This document shows, one piece after another, positions 36,186 through 44,900 of a DNA stretch of 64,000 nt. A program made the translations under genes and the position numbers. Numbering within the stretch: the stretch's first letter is position 1; each line of letters begins with the position of its first letter. The notes beneath the pieces are model-generated. The model was not told where the DNA came from and did not search any database. It saw only the letters and a list, made by a program, of their open reading frames with translations. Origin of the DNA: an uncultured Dehalococcoidales bacterium (GTDB lineage: Bacteria > Chloroflexota > Dehalococcoidia > GIF9 > UBA5629); assembly GCA_964548415.1 (NCBI GenBank), contig CAZJQG010000004.1, positions 4,259 to 68,258 on the forward strand, in the 5' to 3' direction.

Positions 36186-36902
36186 TTAATAATAGCGGCG
36201 TCGCCTCGTCAGTACTATTAACACAATAATAATAATTAAGACAACAACGGCAGCACCAATGGCTATTGGCAACCAGTTTATGGATTTCTTGGCTGGCTGT
36301 GCGCCGCCTTCACCGATGATTTTCTCCCCGGTACCTGTGCTAGCAGAGATTACCTGGACTGAGAACTCGAAATCCCTGGTCTGCTTTATGGCAGCCGTCC
36401 CGGTTTGACCGAGCCATTCCGCCGTCCCCGAAACTTTTATTTCAGCCTGTTGCCCGATTTTTTCAGTTTCAGGTACGGTGACGATAATATTAGCCACCTT
36501 AGCCAGTGCATAACCTCTGCTGGGAACAGTAATAGATGCGCTTCCCGCCGGGACGTCGGTGGCTGGCTGGGACAGCAGTTCAGACGGTTCAATGTAAAGG
36601 TTCTCGGTAACGGTGACTACCTGTCCATTGACCTCTACCTGCATCTCATGTAACGGCGGGTCAATTTTAACATCCCAATTATCCGGAGCCTGCGCTATAT
36701 TCAAAGTAACATGGGTTATGCGATTGCCGTCCACATTGTAAAAATAAATAACTCCTGTACCTGTTTTGCCCGGAATTACCTGTATTTGCTTATTGCCCTG
36801 GGCGGTAGCAAAGTTGTACTTTGCTGGTTCCTGGGCTAAGACCAGTGATGGTATGGCCAGTAACAGGGCAATGGTGAGAATTAAGGTGATTGTCTTTTTC
36901 AT
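36186..36902 (-). CDS. Cell-surface protein, NEW3/CARDB-like beta-sandwich with C-terminal TM anchor
   Basis: The signal peptide is MKKTITLILTIALLLAIPSLVLA. The block VIPGKTGTGVIYFYNVDGNRITHVTLNIAQAPDNWDVKIDP is NEW3-like. The C-terminus is INWLPIAIGAAVVVLIIIIVLIVL followed by TRRRRYY. Confidence 0.65.
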   Translation of the reverse strand: MKKTITLILTIALLLAIPSLVLAQEPAKYNFATAQGNKQIQVIPGKTGTGVIYFYNVDGNRITHVTLNIAQAPDNWDVKIDPPLHEMQVEVNGQVVTVTENLYIEPSELLSQPATDVPAGSASITVPSRGYALAKVANIIVTVPETEKIGQQAEIKVSGTAEWLGQTGTAAIKQTRDFEFSVQVISASTGTGEKIIGEGGAQPAKKSINWLPIAIGAAVVVLIIIIVLIVLTRRRRYY

Positions 36903-36929
36903 TCGCTGTTCTCCAGACTTCGTAATTAA

Positions 36930-39900
36930 TTACTGTGTCGCCTGATAATAAAAAGTACTGCTATAGTCCCCGGGGGTTTGTCCGGCAGGGATTGATATCC
37001 AGTGATAGCATTGATGAACATCGCCTGCATAGGCGGACACAGTATACCACGTGACGTAGCTGGTCTGCATAGTGCTGGCTCCGAGAGTAGTGTTGACGCT
37101 ATTATATTTGACGTTAGCTATTGATATATTTCCGGGACCGCTAAAGTTATCACCTCTAATCTGAACATTGACATCTACGTTTGTCTCCGTGCTAACGGTG
37201 AGTGTGACCGCACCCTGACTGGGTGTCTGGTCAGCGGGTTGATCGGTCGTTCCGGGGTTCAGGCTGCCAAACTTGATGCCGTCGCCACTATAGTCTGTGA
37301 CCGTGAATGAAATGTAGATATTTGACTCCCCGATAGCAAAATCGCCAAATGACGCCAATCCCGTCGCCTGCGTACTCGTAGACGTACGTGTGCCAACTGC
37401 GGGATATGCCCAGGTAGAGCCATTGAAATTGCCGACAATAAATGTACTGGTGTTGGCCCCACTATCGATATCGCCTGAATTGAAATTGAAGGTGGCGCTA
37501 TAGTTTGTGAAACCGATTCCTGAGTTTGTTAAGCTCCAGTATAAATTAACGCTCTTACTCGAATTGATTGTAGAAGATGCAATGGATGGGTGATCGCCTG
37601 GCGTGGCTTTTGCAGTTAGATTGCCGGCAGTGCCGACACTATTAAAAATTACAGTGACGGGATTATAGCCACTTGTGGTACCGATTTCGAATGTGCATGA
37701 GACGTTTGTCCCAGAAGAAACATTCTTCTGCAAGTTGCCGATGATATAGCCGCTGGTGCGTGAGACGCTGCCGCCGGTTCCAATTATGACTGTACTGCCG
37801 CCGGTGGTAATCTTGCTGCTGGTTAAATTAAGTATATTGTTGATTGTGGCGTTGTTATTCAGGTTAAGACCGTTGCTGTTATTAAGCGTAAGGTTATAAA
37901 AGGTGGTGGCGCCGGTCACCGACTGCGTGCTTGTCCCATTCAAGGTGATAGTGCTGCTATTTGCCGTGAACGTCCCACTATTATTCCAGTTTCCTGTCAG
38001 GCTCAGCGTGCTGGAACCGCCATTCAATGTGCCTGCGGTCAGCGTGACGTCGCCGTTGATGGTATGTGTTAATCCGGTACCAAGATTCAATGTCCCGCCA
38101 GAACCGTCAAGGGTTAAGGCAATTCCATTCACATTTCCGGTTAAGGTAGCCGTACCTCCGGTCTTTGTCATAGATACGATACCGGAGGTGGAGAAGCCGG
38201 CGATGCTCTGCGTTCCTGTGCCGCTGATTGTAATAGTGGAGGTGCCGGCGGTAAACGTGCCGCTATTGATAAAGTTGCCGCCGAATGTGAGGGCGTAGCT
38301 GCCGGTGTTTAATATGGCGCCGGTGTTAATAGTAAGCGGAGCGTTGATTACCTTCCCCTGATTTAGTGTAACCGCACTGCCACTCGTATTAGCAATTATT
38401 ACTCCTCCCGAACCGCTCCACGTTGCCGGAAATTCCGTTCCCGTCGTTTGAGCGCTGGTCCCCTTGTATTGCAGCGTAGCGGCCGCGCCGTATGTGGGGG
38501 TTGTTCCCGTGGTTGTGGCAGTCCCTTCAATGGAGAGAATGCCGTTAATATTTATGGTACCAATAGCCTTTTGCCCGCTGCCGGACAGTGTAAGGTTGTT
38601 ATATGTTGTCATCCATGTGGTCGGGAGCGTTTGAGCAGCGCCGTAGTACTCAACAGTACCCGTACCGGGAGTCCATGTGCCCCTCGTCCCATTGATTGAG
38701 ACTGTGGTACCGATTTTCAGAGTACCACCACTGGACATATTGATGCTACCCCGCCTATTACCATTACCCCCGACACTTAGCCATGTACCGATCGTGAGCT
38801 GTGATACGCTATTTAAAAATGATAGTGTTGAGGTGGTGTTATTGGTAGTACCCACGGTGAGGGTTGAGCATACAGCATCACTTACGTTGACGGTCACCGT
38901 ATAACCGTTGTTAATAAATACATTATCGTTCGAAGTAGGTACAGCGGCACCTCCCCAGGTGGCTGTATTGTTCCAGTTGCCACTAGCTGAGGCCGTTCTG
39001 GTAGCCGCTGGGGCGTATACCGGTGGCGTGGGGCCGGGTTCCGGTGTGGGGACTGGAGCGGGTATTATAGGCGGTGTTGCCGCCTCACCCATGGCTGTGG
39101 CTATGTTAATACGACCAAACCACTGGTTTGGTACCGGGTCAACCGCGCCTCGGATCTGGTCGAAGACATAATCATTGTTTTGTCCATTTGCCGTCAGTAG
39201 AGCTGCCAGCCCGGCTACATTGGCAGCGGCGGCAGAAGTGCCGCTTATGGTGTAATAATTACCGCCTATAAACGTAGTGTAAATACCGACTCCAGGTGCA
39301 GCCACGTTGGCGCTGCCCGTATTGCTATCAGCGGCTACATTATCGTCCTGGTCGGTGGATGCGACTCCAAGCACGTGCTCCATGCCAGCCGGATAACTGG
39401 GTGCAGTTGAACCATCGTTGCCCGTAGCGGCCACTAACACGCATCCCTTGTTCCATGCGTACTGGATGGCGTCCGCTAATGCATCCGAGTAATCGGGGCT
39501 GCTGAAGCCCATCAAAATAACATTGGCGCCGTTATCGGCTGCCCACAGCATGCCGGCCACGATATCGCTGTCCAGGCCAGTGCCATCAGGTTGAAGCACC
39601 TGGACCGAAGAGAGTGTAGTTCCAGCATAAGCTACGCCAGCGATGCCGACAGCGTTGTTGACATTGGCAGCGGCTATGCCGGCTAGCGCGGTTCCATGGC
39701 CGTTCGGGTCACAGCTGGCATCACCATCGACGAAGCTCTGTCCTGATACAATACGGCCGGCAAAATCCGGGTGACCGGAATCTATGCCTGTATCCAGCAC
39801 TGCAATCGTGGCCGAGCCGGTAAAATTCCGTATATCGTAAACTTGATCCCAGGACATCTTGGGCAGAGCCCATTGCTGCGAATACAGAGGATCATCCGGT

Positions 39901-40235
39901 GTTCCGGCCTTATGGAACTTGACGGCCTTGGATGCTCGTTCGACGTGAGGGTTATTTGCCAGCGTGGACAGTACATTGTCTGCTGCCGCCGCCGGCACGC
40001 TGATTACATGTGTGTGAAGTTGCGAAAAATGGCGTAGGGCTTTGCCATGTGAGGCCTGTATTGCTGTATCTACTGCAGAGGTATTATCAGCATCCTTGAA
40101 TTTGACGATGATTTGGACTGTATCGTCGGATGGCTGTGCCTGAGTGATGCTGGTCGAGCTCACCAGTGTGAGCGTCGCCAGCATCACCATGAGTGTCAGT
40201 CCAACAACACATCTACGCAAAAACTGCTTTCCCAT
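36930..40235 (-). CDS. Secreted subtilisin-like (S8) serine protease with I9 propeptide, long Thr/Gly/Asn-rich beta-helix-like passenger and a C-terminal domain homologous to the neighbouring 172-aa protein
   Basis: The catalytic triad blocks are AVLDTGIDSGHPDF, HGTALAGIAA and SGTSAAAANVAGLAALL. The I9-like block is IVKFKD...HVISVP. Imperfect ~20-aa TGxxxLxxxGN repeats follow. The start was taken at the Met before the signal peptide (MGKQFLRRCVVGLTLMVML). Confidence 0.85.
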   Translation of the reverse strand: MGKQFLRRCVVGLTLMVMLATLTLVSSTSITQAQPSDDTVQIIVKFKDADNTSAVDTAIQASHGKALRHFSQLHTHVISVPAAAADNVLSTLANNPHVERASKAVKFHKAGTPDDPLYSQQWALPKMSWDQVYDIRNFTGSATIAVLDTGIDSGHPDFAGRIVSGQSFVDGDASCDPNGHGTALAGIAAANVNNAVGIAGVAYAGTTLSSVQVLQPDGTGLDSDIVAGMLWAADNGANVILMGFSSPDYSDALADAIQYAWNKGCVLVAATGNDGSTAPSYPAGMEHVLGVASTDQDDNVAADSNTGSANVAAPGVGIYTTFIGGNYYTISGTSAAAANVAGLAALLTANGQNNDYVFDQIRGAVDPVPNQWFGRINIATAMGEAATPPIIPAPVPTPEPGPTPPVYAPAATRTASASGNWNNTATWGGAAVPTSNDNVFINNGYTVTVNVSDAVCSTLTVGTTNNTTSTLSFLNSVSQLTIGTWLSVGGNGNRRGSINMSSGGTLKIGTTVSINGTRGTWTPGTGTVEYYGAAQTLPTTWMTTYNNLTLSGSGQKAIGTININGILSIEGTATTTGTTPTYGAAATLQYKGTSAQTTGTEFPATWSGSGGVIIANTSGSAVTLNQGKVINAPLTINTGAILNTGSYALTFGGNFINSGTFTAGTSTITISGTGTQSIAGFSTSGIVSMTKTGGTATLTGNVNGIALTLDGSGGTLNLGTGLTHTINGDVTLTAGTLNGGSSTLSLTGNWNNSGTFTANSSTITLNGTSTQSVTGATTFYNLTLNNSNGLNLNNNATINNILNLTSSKITTGGSTVIIGTGGSVSRTSGYIIGNLQKNVSSGTNVSCTFEIGTTSGYNPVTVIFNSVGTAGNLTAKATPGDHPSIASSTINSSKSVNLYWSLTNSGIGFTNYSATFNFNSGDIDSGANTSTFIVGNFNGSTWAYPAVGTRTSTSTQATGLASFGDFAIGESNIYISFTVTDYSGDGIKFGSLNPGTTDQPADQTPSQGAVTLTVSTETNVDVNVQIRGDNFSGPGNISIANVKYNSVNTTLGASTMQTSYVTWYTVSAYAGDVHQCYHWISIPAGQTPGDYSSTFYYQATQ

Positions 40236-40310
40236 ATTGCTTCCTGGCTCCCTGCATCGCCAAGAAGTATCCATTGTCAGTGTTTTACGAGCAGGTTCTT
40301 ACTTTTTACT

Positions 40311-40829
40311 CTATAGCGTCTTGTCTATTTTGTAATCGAAATTAGTTTGGTAGGTTGCAGCCGCCTGTCCGGCCGGGATGTTAATCCAGTGCCACACACC
40401 CTGTGACCAGGCCACGCCGGGAGTTGTATCCGAGCCTATCTGAGCATAAGTCGTGTCCATGGCAGTTCCAGGAGTGACGTTATCGGTGTTCCAGGTGGCG
40501 TTGTCAAGAGCAAATGAATTGGTTCCACCATCGCTAAAGTCCCCCTCGCCTTTTAGGCCGACTTTGCAGACTGCATTGGTCTCTGCAGCCACATCGATGG
40601 TGACAGCGCCGGTACTATCACTCTGATTAATCTCGGGTACATTCGTATCACCCGGATTCAGAGTGCCGAAACCAATGGTCCCACCAGTAACGGTTACCGT
40701 AGCATTAATATATTCATTGATAGTTACCGATGCATTGACTGATTCCTCAACTGCCAGAACTGGTGCTGCCACAGTACCTACTAGGATGAGTGCACAGGCC
40801 AGGCTGATAAGTAGATTTGTTTTTTTCAA
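40311..40829 (-). CDS. Small secreted beta-sandwich (fimbrial / pilin-like or WxL-like) protein, first gene of the riboswitch-controlled operon
   Basis: The signal peptide is MKKTNLLISLACALILVGTVAAPVLA. The blocks FGTLNPGDT...GAVTIDVAAETN...WHWINIPAGQAAATYQTNFDY align with the S8 protease C-terminus (FGSLNPGTT...GAVTLTVSTETN...YHWISIPAGQTPGDYSSTFYY). It has a TTG start with GGAGG 5 nt upstream. Confidence 0.7.
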   Translation of the reverse strand: MKKTNLLISLACALILVGTVAAPVLAVEESVNASVTINEYINATVTVTGGTIGFGTLNPGDTNVPEINQSDSTGAVTIDVAAETNAVCKVGLKGEGDFSDGGTNSFALDNATWNTDNVTPGTAMDTTYAQIGSDTTPGVAWSQGVWHWINIPAGQAAATYQTNFDYKIDKTL

Positions 40830-40965
40830 TTTTGCCTCCTTTTTTATTTTGTATTTTAGTTGTCTGATAATCGCTAATTTTCTTCTAGAAAATCATATGT
40901 GCCATTTCGTATCTAAATCTGAGCCTCTAGGTATCACCTCCTGTTTGTCATATGTTCTATAAAAC

Positions 40966-41056
40966 GCAAAAACCGACCTATTTTTGGGTCGGTTTCACTA
41001 CTGGCTCGGCACCGCTCAAGTGACCAAATTACAAACGGTGCTTCATTGCCTCCCAA
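40966..41056 (-). promoter_or_regulatory. Class-II c-di-GMP riboswitch (aptamer plus intrinsic-terminator expression platform), copy 1
   Basis: The minus strand reads GGGAGGCAAUGAAGCACCGUUUGUAAUUUGGUCACUUGAGCGGUGCCGAGCCAGUAGUGAAACCGACCC-AAAAAUA-GGGUCGGUUUUUG. It contains the conserved c-di-GMP-II blocks (CAAUGA, AAUUUGGNCACUUGA, AGUAGUGNAACCGACC). Its helices covary with copy 2. Confidence 0.8.
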
Positions 41057-41091
41057 TTCATGAAATAATGACTATTTATTTAGCTGACTAA

Positions 41092-41120
41092 ATAATCTCA
41101 TAGGGCTTAAATGGTGTCAA
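41092..41120 (-). promoter_or_regulatory. Sigma-70-like promoter TTGACA-17-GATTAT driving riboswitch copy 1 and the surface operon
   Basis: On the minus strand, TTGACA is at 41120-41115, the spacer is 17 nt and GATTAT is at 41097-41092. The hexamers and spacing are identical to those upstream of copy 2. Confidence 0.6.
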
Positions 41121-41689
41121 GTGACTTAAACTAACCAAACCTCCCAAAAGCAGTACCTTTTTCCTATAAGAATTGGTACTTTTGAGCCATTTTATAATAT
41201 TTTGCGATACGATTGTGTCATACCGGTGGGCAAAATTGAGAAAAAAAATGGTACTAAAGACCTATTAATCGAAAGTCTAGTAATCCATGGCGTTACTGTA
41301 GGGCACGGGCCGGACAACTTCTGTGACCGGGTGCTTTTGACGACAGTGGAATCTTCGTAAACAGTGATACTATCCAGTTAAAGCGAAAAGGTGCCGTCTC
41401 AGCGAAGATTGTTACCGATCTAATCGAGTATGGTGCTAGCAGCTCTCGGGAAGTGGTGGTAATGGGTTCGCCAGGTTGACGATGACTCGATATCTTCGAA
41501 GTAATCTCCATTTGAGATGTAATGATGTTAACTGACTCGGGAGTAGGGAGGTCTTCTACCCCGTCCGTACTGGAAAAATCACAGTACTATCTAGCCACGA
41601 AATTCGGTACCTTTGCGGGATTGTAGGAGGAGATAAGATAGGATAGAGTTAGTATAGTTTCACAGCAGATAACATTAAGGAGTAAGAAC

Positions 41690-41938
41690 ATGGGAAAGAA
41701 AAATAACGGAAACGGACTTTTAACCGCCAGACAGGTGGCTCGGCTTCTTAATGTTCATGTGAATACGGTCCGGCGCTGGAATGACCGGGGCATTCTCAAG
41801 GCATACCGTATCGGTCCGCGCGGCGACCGGAGATTCGACAAGGCCGACGTCGAAGGTTTCCTGTCTGGTAACGGAGACGGTAGTGGCAATGACCAACACG
41901 GCAGCCAGTCTGTACCCGAGCTCGTACTCGTCAATTGA
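41690..41938 (+). CDS. Excisionase/MerR-superfamily small HTH DNA-binding protein (82 aa)
   Basis: LLTARQVARLLNVHVNTVRRWNDRGILKAYRIGPRGDRRFDKADVEGF is a typical excisionase-family HTH. AAGGAG lies upstream of the ATG. No integrase is nearby. Confidence 0.75.
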   Translation: MGKKNNGNGLLTARQVARLLNVHVNTVRRWNDRGILKAYRIGPRGDRRFDKADVEGFLSGNGDGSGNDQHGSQSVPELVLVN

Positions 41939-41995
41939 TAATATTTGGCGGGATTCTTTTGGGCAATGAAATATGCCCGGCCGGTAGCCAGCTGA

Positions 41996-44900
41996 TTAGT
42001 AGTTAAACCGCCTCCATCTCATTAAAATCCATATGGCGAATGCCAGTATAATAACAGCAATAATGCCGCCGATTAGCCACCAGTTGAGGCTATTGGGCCC
42101 AGCTACTACAAATTCACCCTTTAGCCCGGCCACAGTCACCTGGTAGGTTCCAACGATGTCTTCGGTTGTAGTGAAACTCACCACGCTGCTTGTCCCGGCA
42201 GCAAGGGTTACTTCTTTCGTTGATTTCGTTATACCATTCACTTTTAGCTCAACGTTGTAGTTTCCAGCAGTGCTGCCCGTATTAGCTACATTTAAACCAA
42301 TGGTTACTTGCTGAGCGGGTTGTATTTGAGTCGGGTTGATAGTTAAATTGCTTACTTCAAATTTAGCTGCCGCCTCCGCAAGCTTAGCCAATAAAGTGTC
42401 GGGTACGAAATAGTCCAGAGTACCTACCGCTTGGCCGAGTTCGGCCACCGTACCTACGGAGCCCATGGCCTGCCAGCCCTGGTTTTGACTGGAGTAGTAA
42501 TCATAGGTTACCTGTGCAGTATTTTCTGGCAGCTCATTAGGGTCATAAGCTGAGGCGATAGTGAACAGCGGATAAATATTGATGGCTGACGGATCCGTGC
42601 CGTCCAATGAGGCATAAGCGTTAATATTATAGGCTTGTCCGATTGTCTGGCCACCAGTAACCGGTGGTGATGAGCTGGCGAGTGTTACTTTGATAAGTTG
42701 TGGTATCTGATTATCCACCAGGGTAAGCTTTGTTCCTTCTTTAGCTTCCCAGCTATCTTGCTTCTGCGGGTCGTAGGCCAGGCAATTTTCGCATAGCACA
42801 CCATCCGATGTCATTTTGGCGGTGGTTATTTGGCCCAGCATATTTACAGTAAGTGTTAGGGGACAACCGCCGCCTGTTGTTGTCTGCCCAAAACCAACTT
42901 CACCTCCGCCACCTCCGCCTCCACCGCCACATTGTATGACGCTAACCGTGGTTGTGGCATTATCGCTGATACAGCCGTTTGTGTTGGTAACAACCAGAGT
43001 ATAAGTGCCAGACATATTGGAGGTGGCATTAGGTATGGAGGGATTCTGCAAATTGCTGGAAAACCCGAGAGGCCCCGTCCAGCCATATGAAGCTACATTA
43101 TCTGAACCGGCCATTAGCTGTATAGTACCGCCGATGCAGACAGGTGAGTTAGTGGATGGAGCGGAGATGGGTATAGGATTTATGGTTACGTGTCCGGTGG
43201 CGGTGTCATCGGGGCAGACGCCGTTAGAGCAGGTGACGGTATAGTCGTAGGTCCCTGGAGTCGAAGGGTTAACCAGGTGATAATCTAGGGTCATAGAACA
43301 GGAGCCGGAGCAGGCGGCGCCGTTAGAGGTAAACAGGGTATCGTTAAGTGTCGTTCCCTGGCAGATAGAGAAATCGGGAGCGGTGGAAGTGCAGGGAGAA
43401 ACGACGGTTACGTGTCCGGTGGCGGTGTCATCGGGGCAGACGCCGTTAGAGCAGGTGACGGTATAGTCGTAGGTCCCTGGAGTCGAAGGGTTAACCAGGT
43501 GATAATCTAGGGTCATAGAACAGGAGCCGGAGCAGGCGGCGCCGTTAGAGGTAAACAGGGTATCGTTAAGTGTCGTTCCCTGGCAGATAGAGAAATCGGG
43601 AGCGGTGGAAGTGCAGGGAGAAACGACGGTTACGTGTCCGGTGGCGGTGTCATCGGGGCAGACGCCGTTAGAGCAGGTGACGGTATAGTCGTAGGTCCCT
43701 GGAGTCGAAGGGTTAACCAGGTGATAATCTAGGGTCATAGAACAGGAGCCGGAGCAGGCGGCGCCGTTAGAGGTAAACAGGGTATCGTTAGGTGTCGTTC
43801 CCTGGCAGATAGAGAAATCGGGAGCGGTACTTAAACAGGGAGCGACGATGGTTACATCGATGCTGTTATTACATGTGCAGCCGTTATTGGAGATAGTGAC
43901 TGCGATATGCGCTGTACCAGATGAAGCAGCATCCCAGGTGATAGAGTTGCCAGCATTACTCCCTACTATGCTACCGCTACCGGTTATAGTCCAATCATAG
44001 GTAGCGTTATCCACGGCGTTGGGTACTGAAGCCGAGTTGCTGGTGGAGTTTTCGCAGACTGCATTAGTTGTGTCGATGGTGCAGTCGGGCAGCGAGTTAA
44101 CGGTAATATAGTTTGTCTTTGTCTGGTTGTCAGAGCCACAATCATTCGTAGCGATTAAAGTGACGTAATAGCTGCCGGCCGTATCGTAGGTTATGGCTAG
44201 AGGATTCCGATCGCTCGAGAATGAAGGATTCCCGCCTTCGAAAGTCCAGCTAAAAGAGGTAGCGTTGGTGGATGTATTGGTAAAGATGACGTTATTGCCA
44301 GCGCAAATTGCAGTAGGACAGCCGGAGAAATCGGCGATAGGCCCATTGCATGTAACCTGTCCAAGCTTGGCGCAAATTGCATTAGCGTAAGCCTGACCGT
44401 TGGCGATTATCTGTACCCAGCCTGGCGGCGGATAAGCTGGCGGCGTAGCATAAGAGCCGGTTTGAGGCCAGACGATGTCAGTCCGCAGCCACTCGCTTGC
44501 CGTATCCTGTGAGGGACCTATATACTCAGCATCGATCTCATCCTGGTCAGAGGTCATGCCTAAATGACCGATGGTGTAAACTTGTGCTGCCTCCGTGCTG
44601 TCCATAGCCTCTGTACACCCATCAACGATATCGCACGAGTCACAGCCAACTGAATTATAGGGATGACCGGTGTCATTGCAACAGCGTGTGGGTATGCCAT
44701 CGGTGACTAGATTAACGACCTGTTTGATATCAGGATCAAAGCACGGTGCACCGTATAATGTATCGGCAGCCAGGTAAAAGGCGCAGGCTAGAGGGGTATA
44801 TCCGCCCCTTTTGGAGATGCCACTGATAGTATTGGCCACGCTAACGGCGTTGCTGGCCGTGATAACAGTAGGCGGTACTTCGATCACTGCCCCAATGCCT

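Noticed and set aside
41290-41520. A possible cobalamin-type riboswitch (GGTGC...GGGAAGTGGTGGTAATGGG).
   Set aside because: There is only a superficial resemblance to the AGGGAA..GGTG.AAA.CC core. No B12 box (GCCACTG) is present and there is no plausible downstream cargo.
41690-41938. The excisionase-family HTH as a marker of a prophage or integrative element.
   Set aside because: No integrase, recombinase, att-like direct repeats, tRNA gene or phage structural genes occur anywhere in the window. It is treated as a small regulator instead.
43184-43828. A possible CRISPR array or mobile-element repeat.
   Set aside because: The repeats are 222 nt long, directly abutting with no spacers, in frame, and coding within the adhesin ORF. 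No cas genes are present. Likewise the mosaic hairpin repeats have no regular repeat-spacer periodicity.
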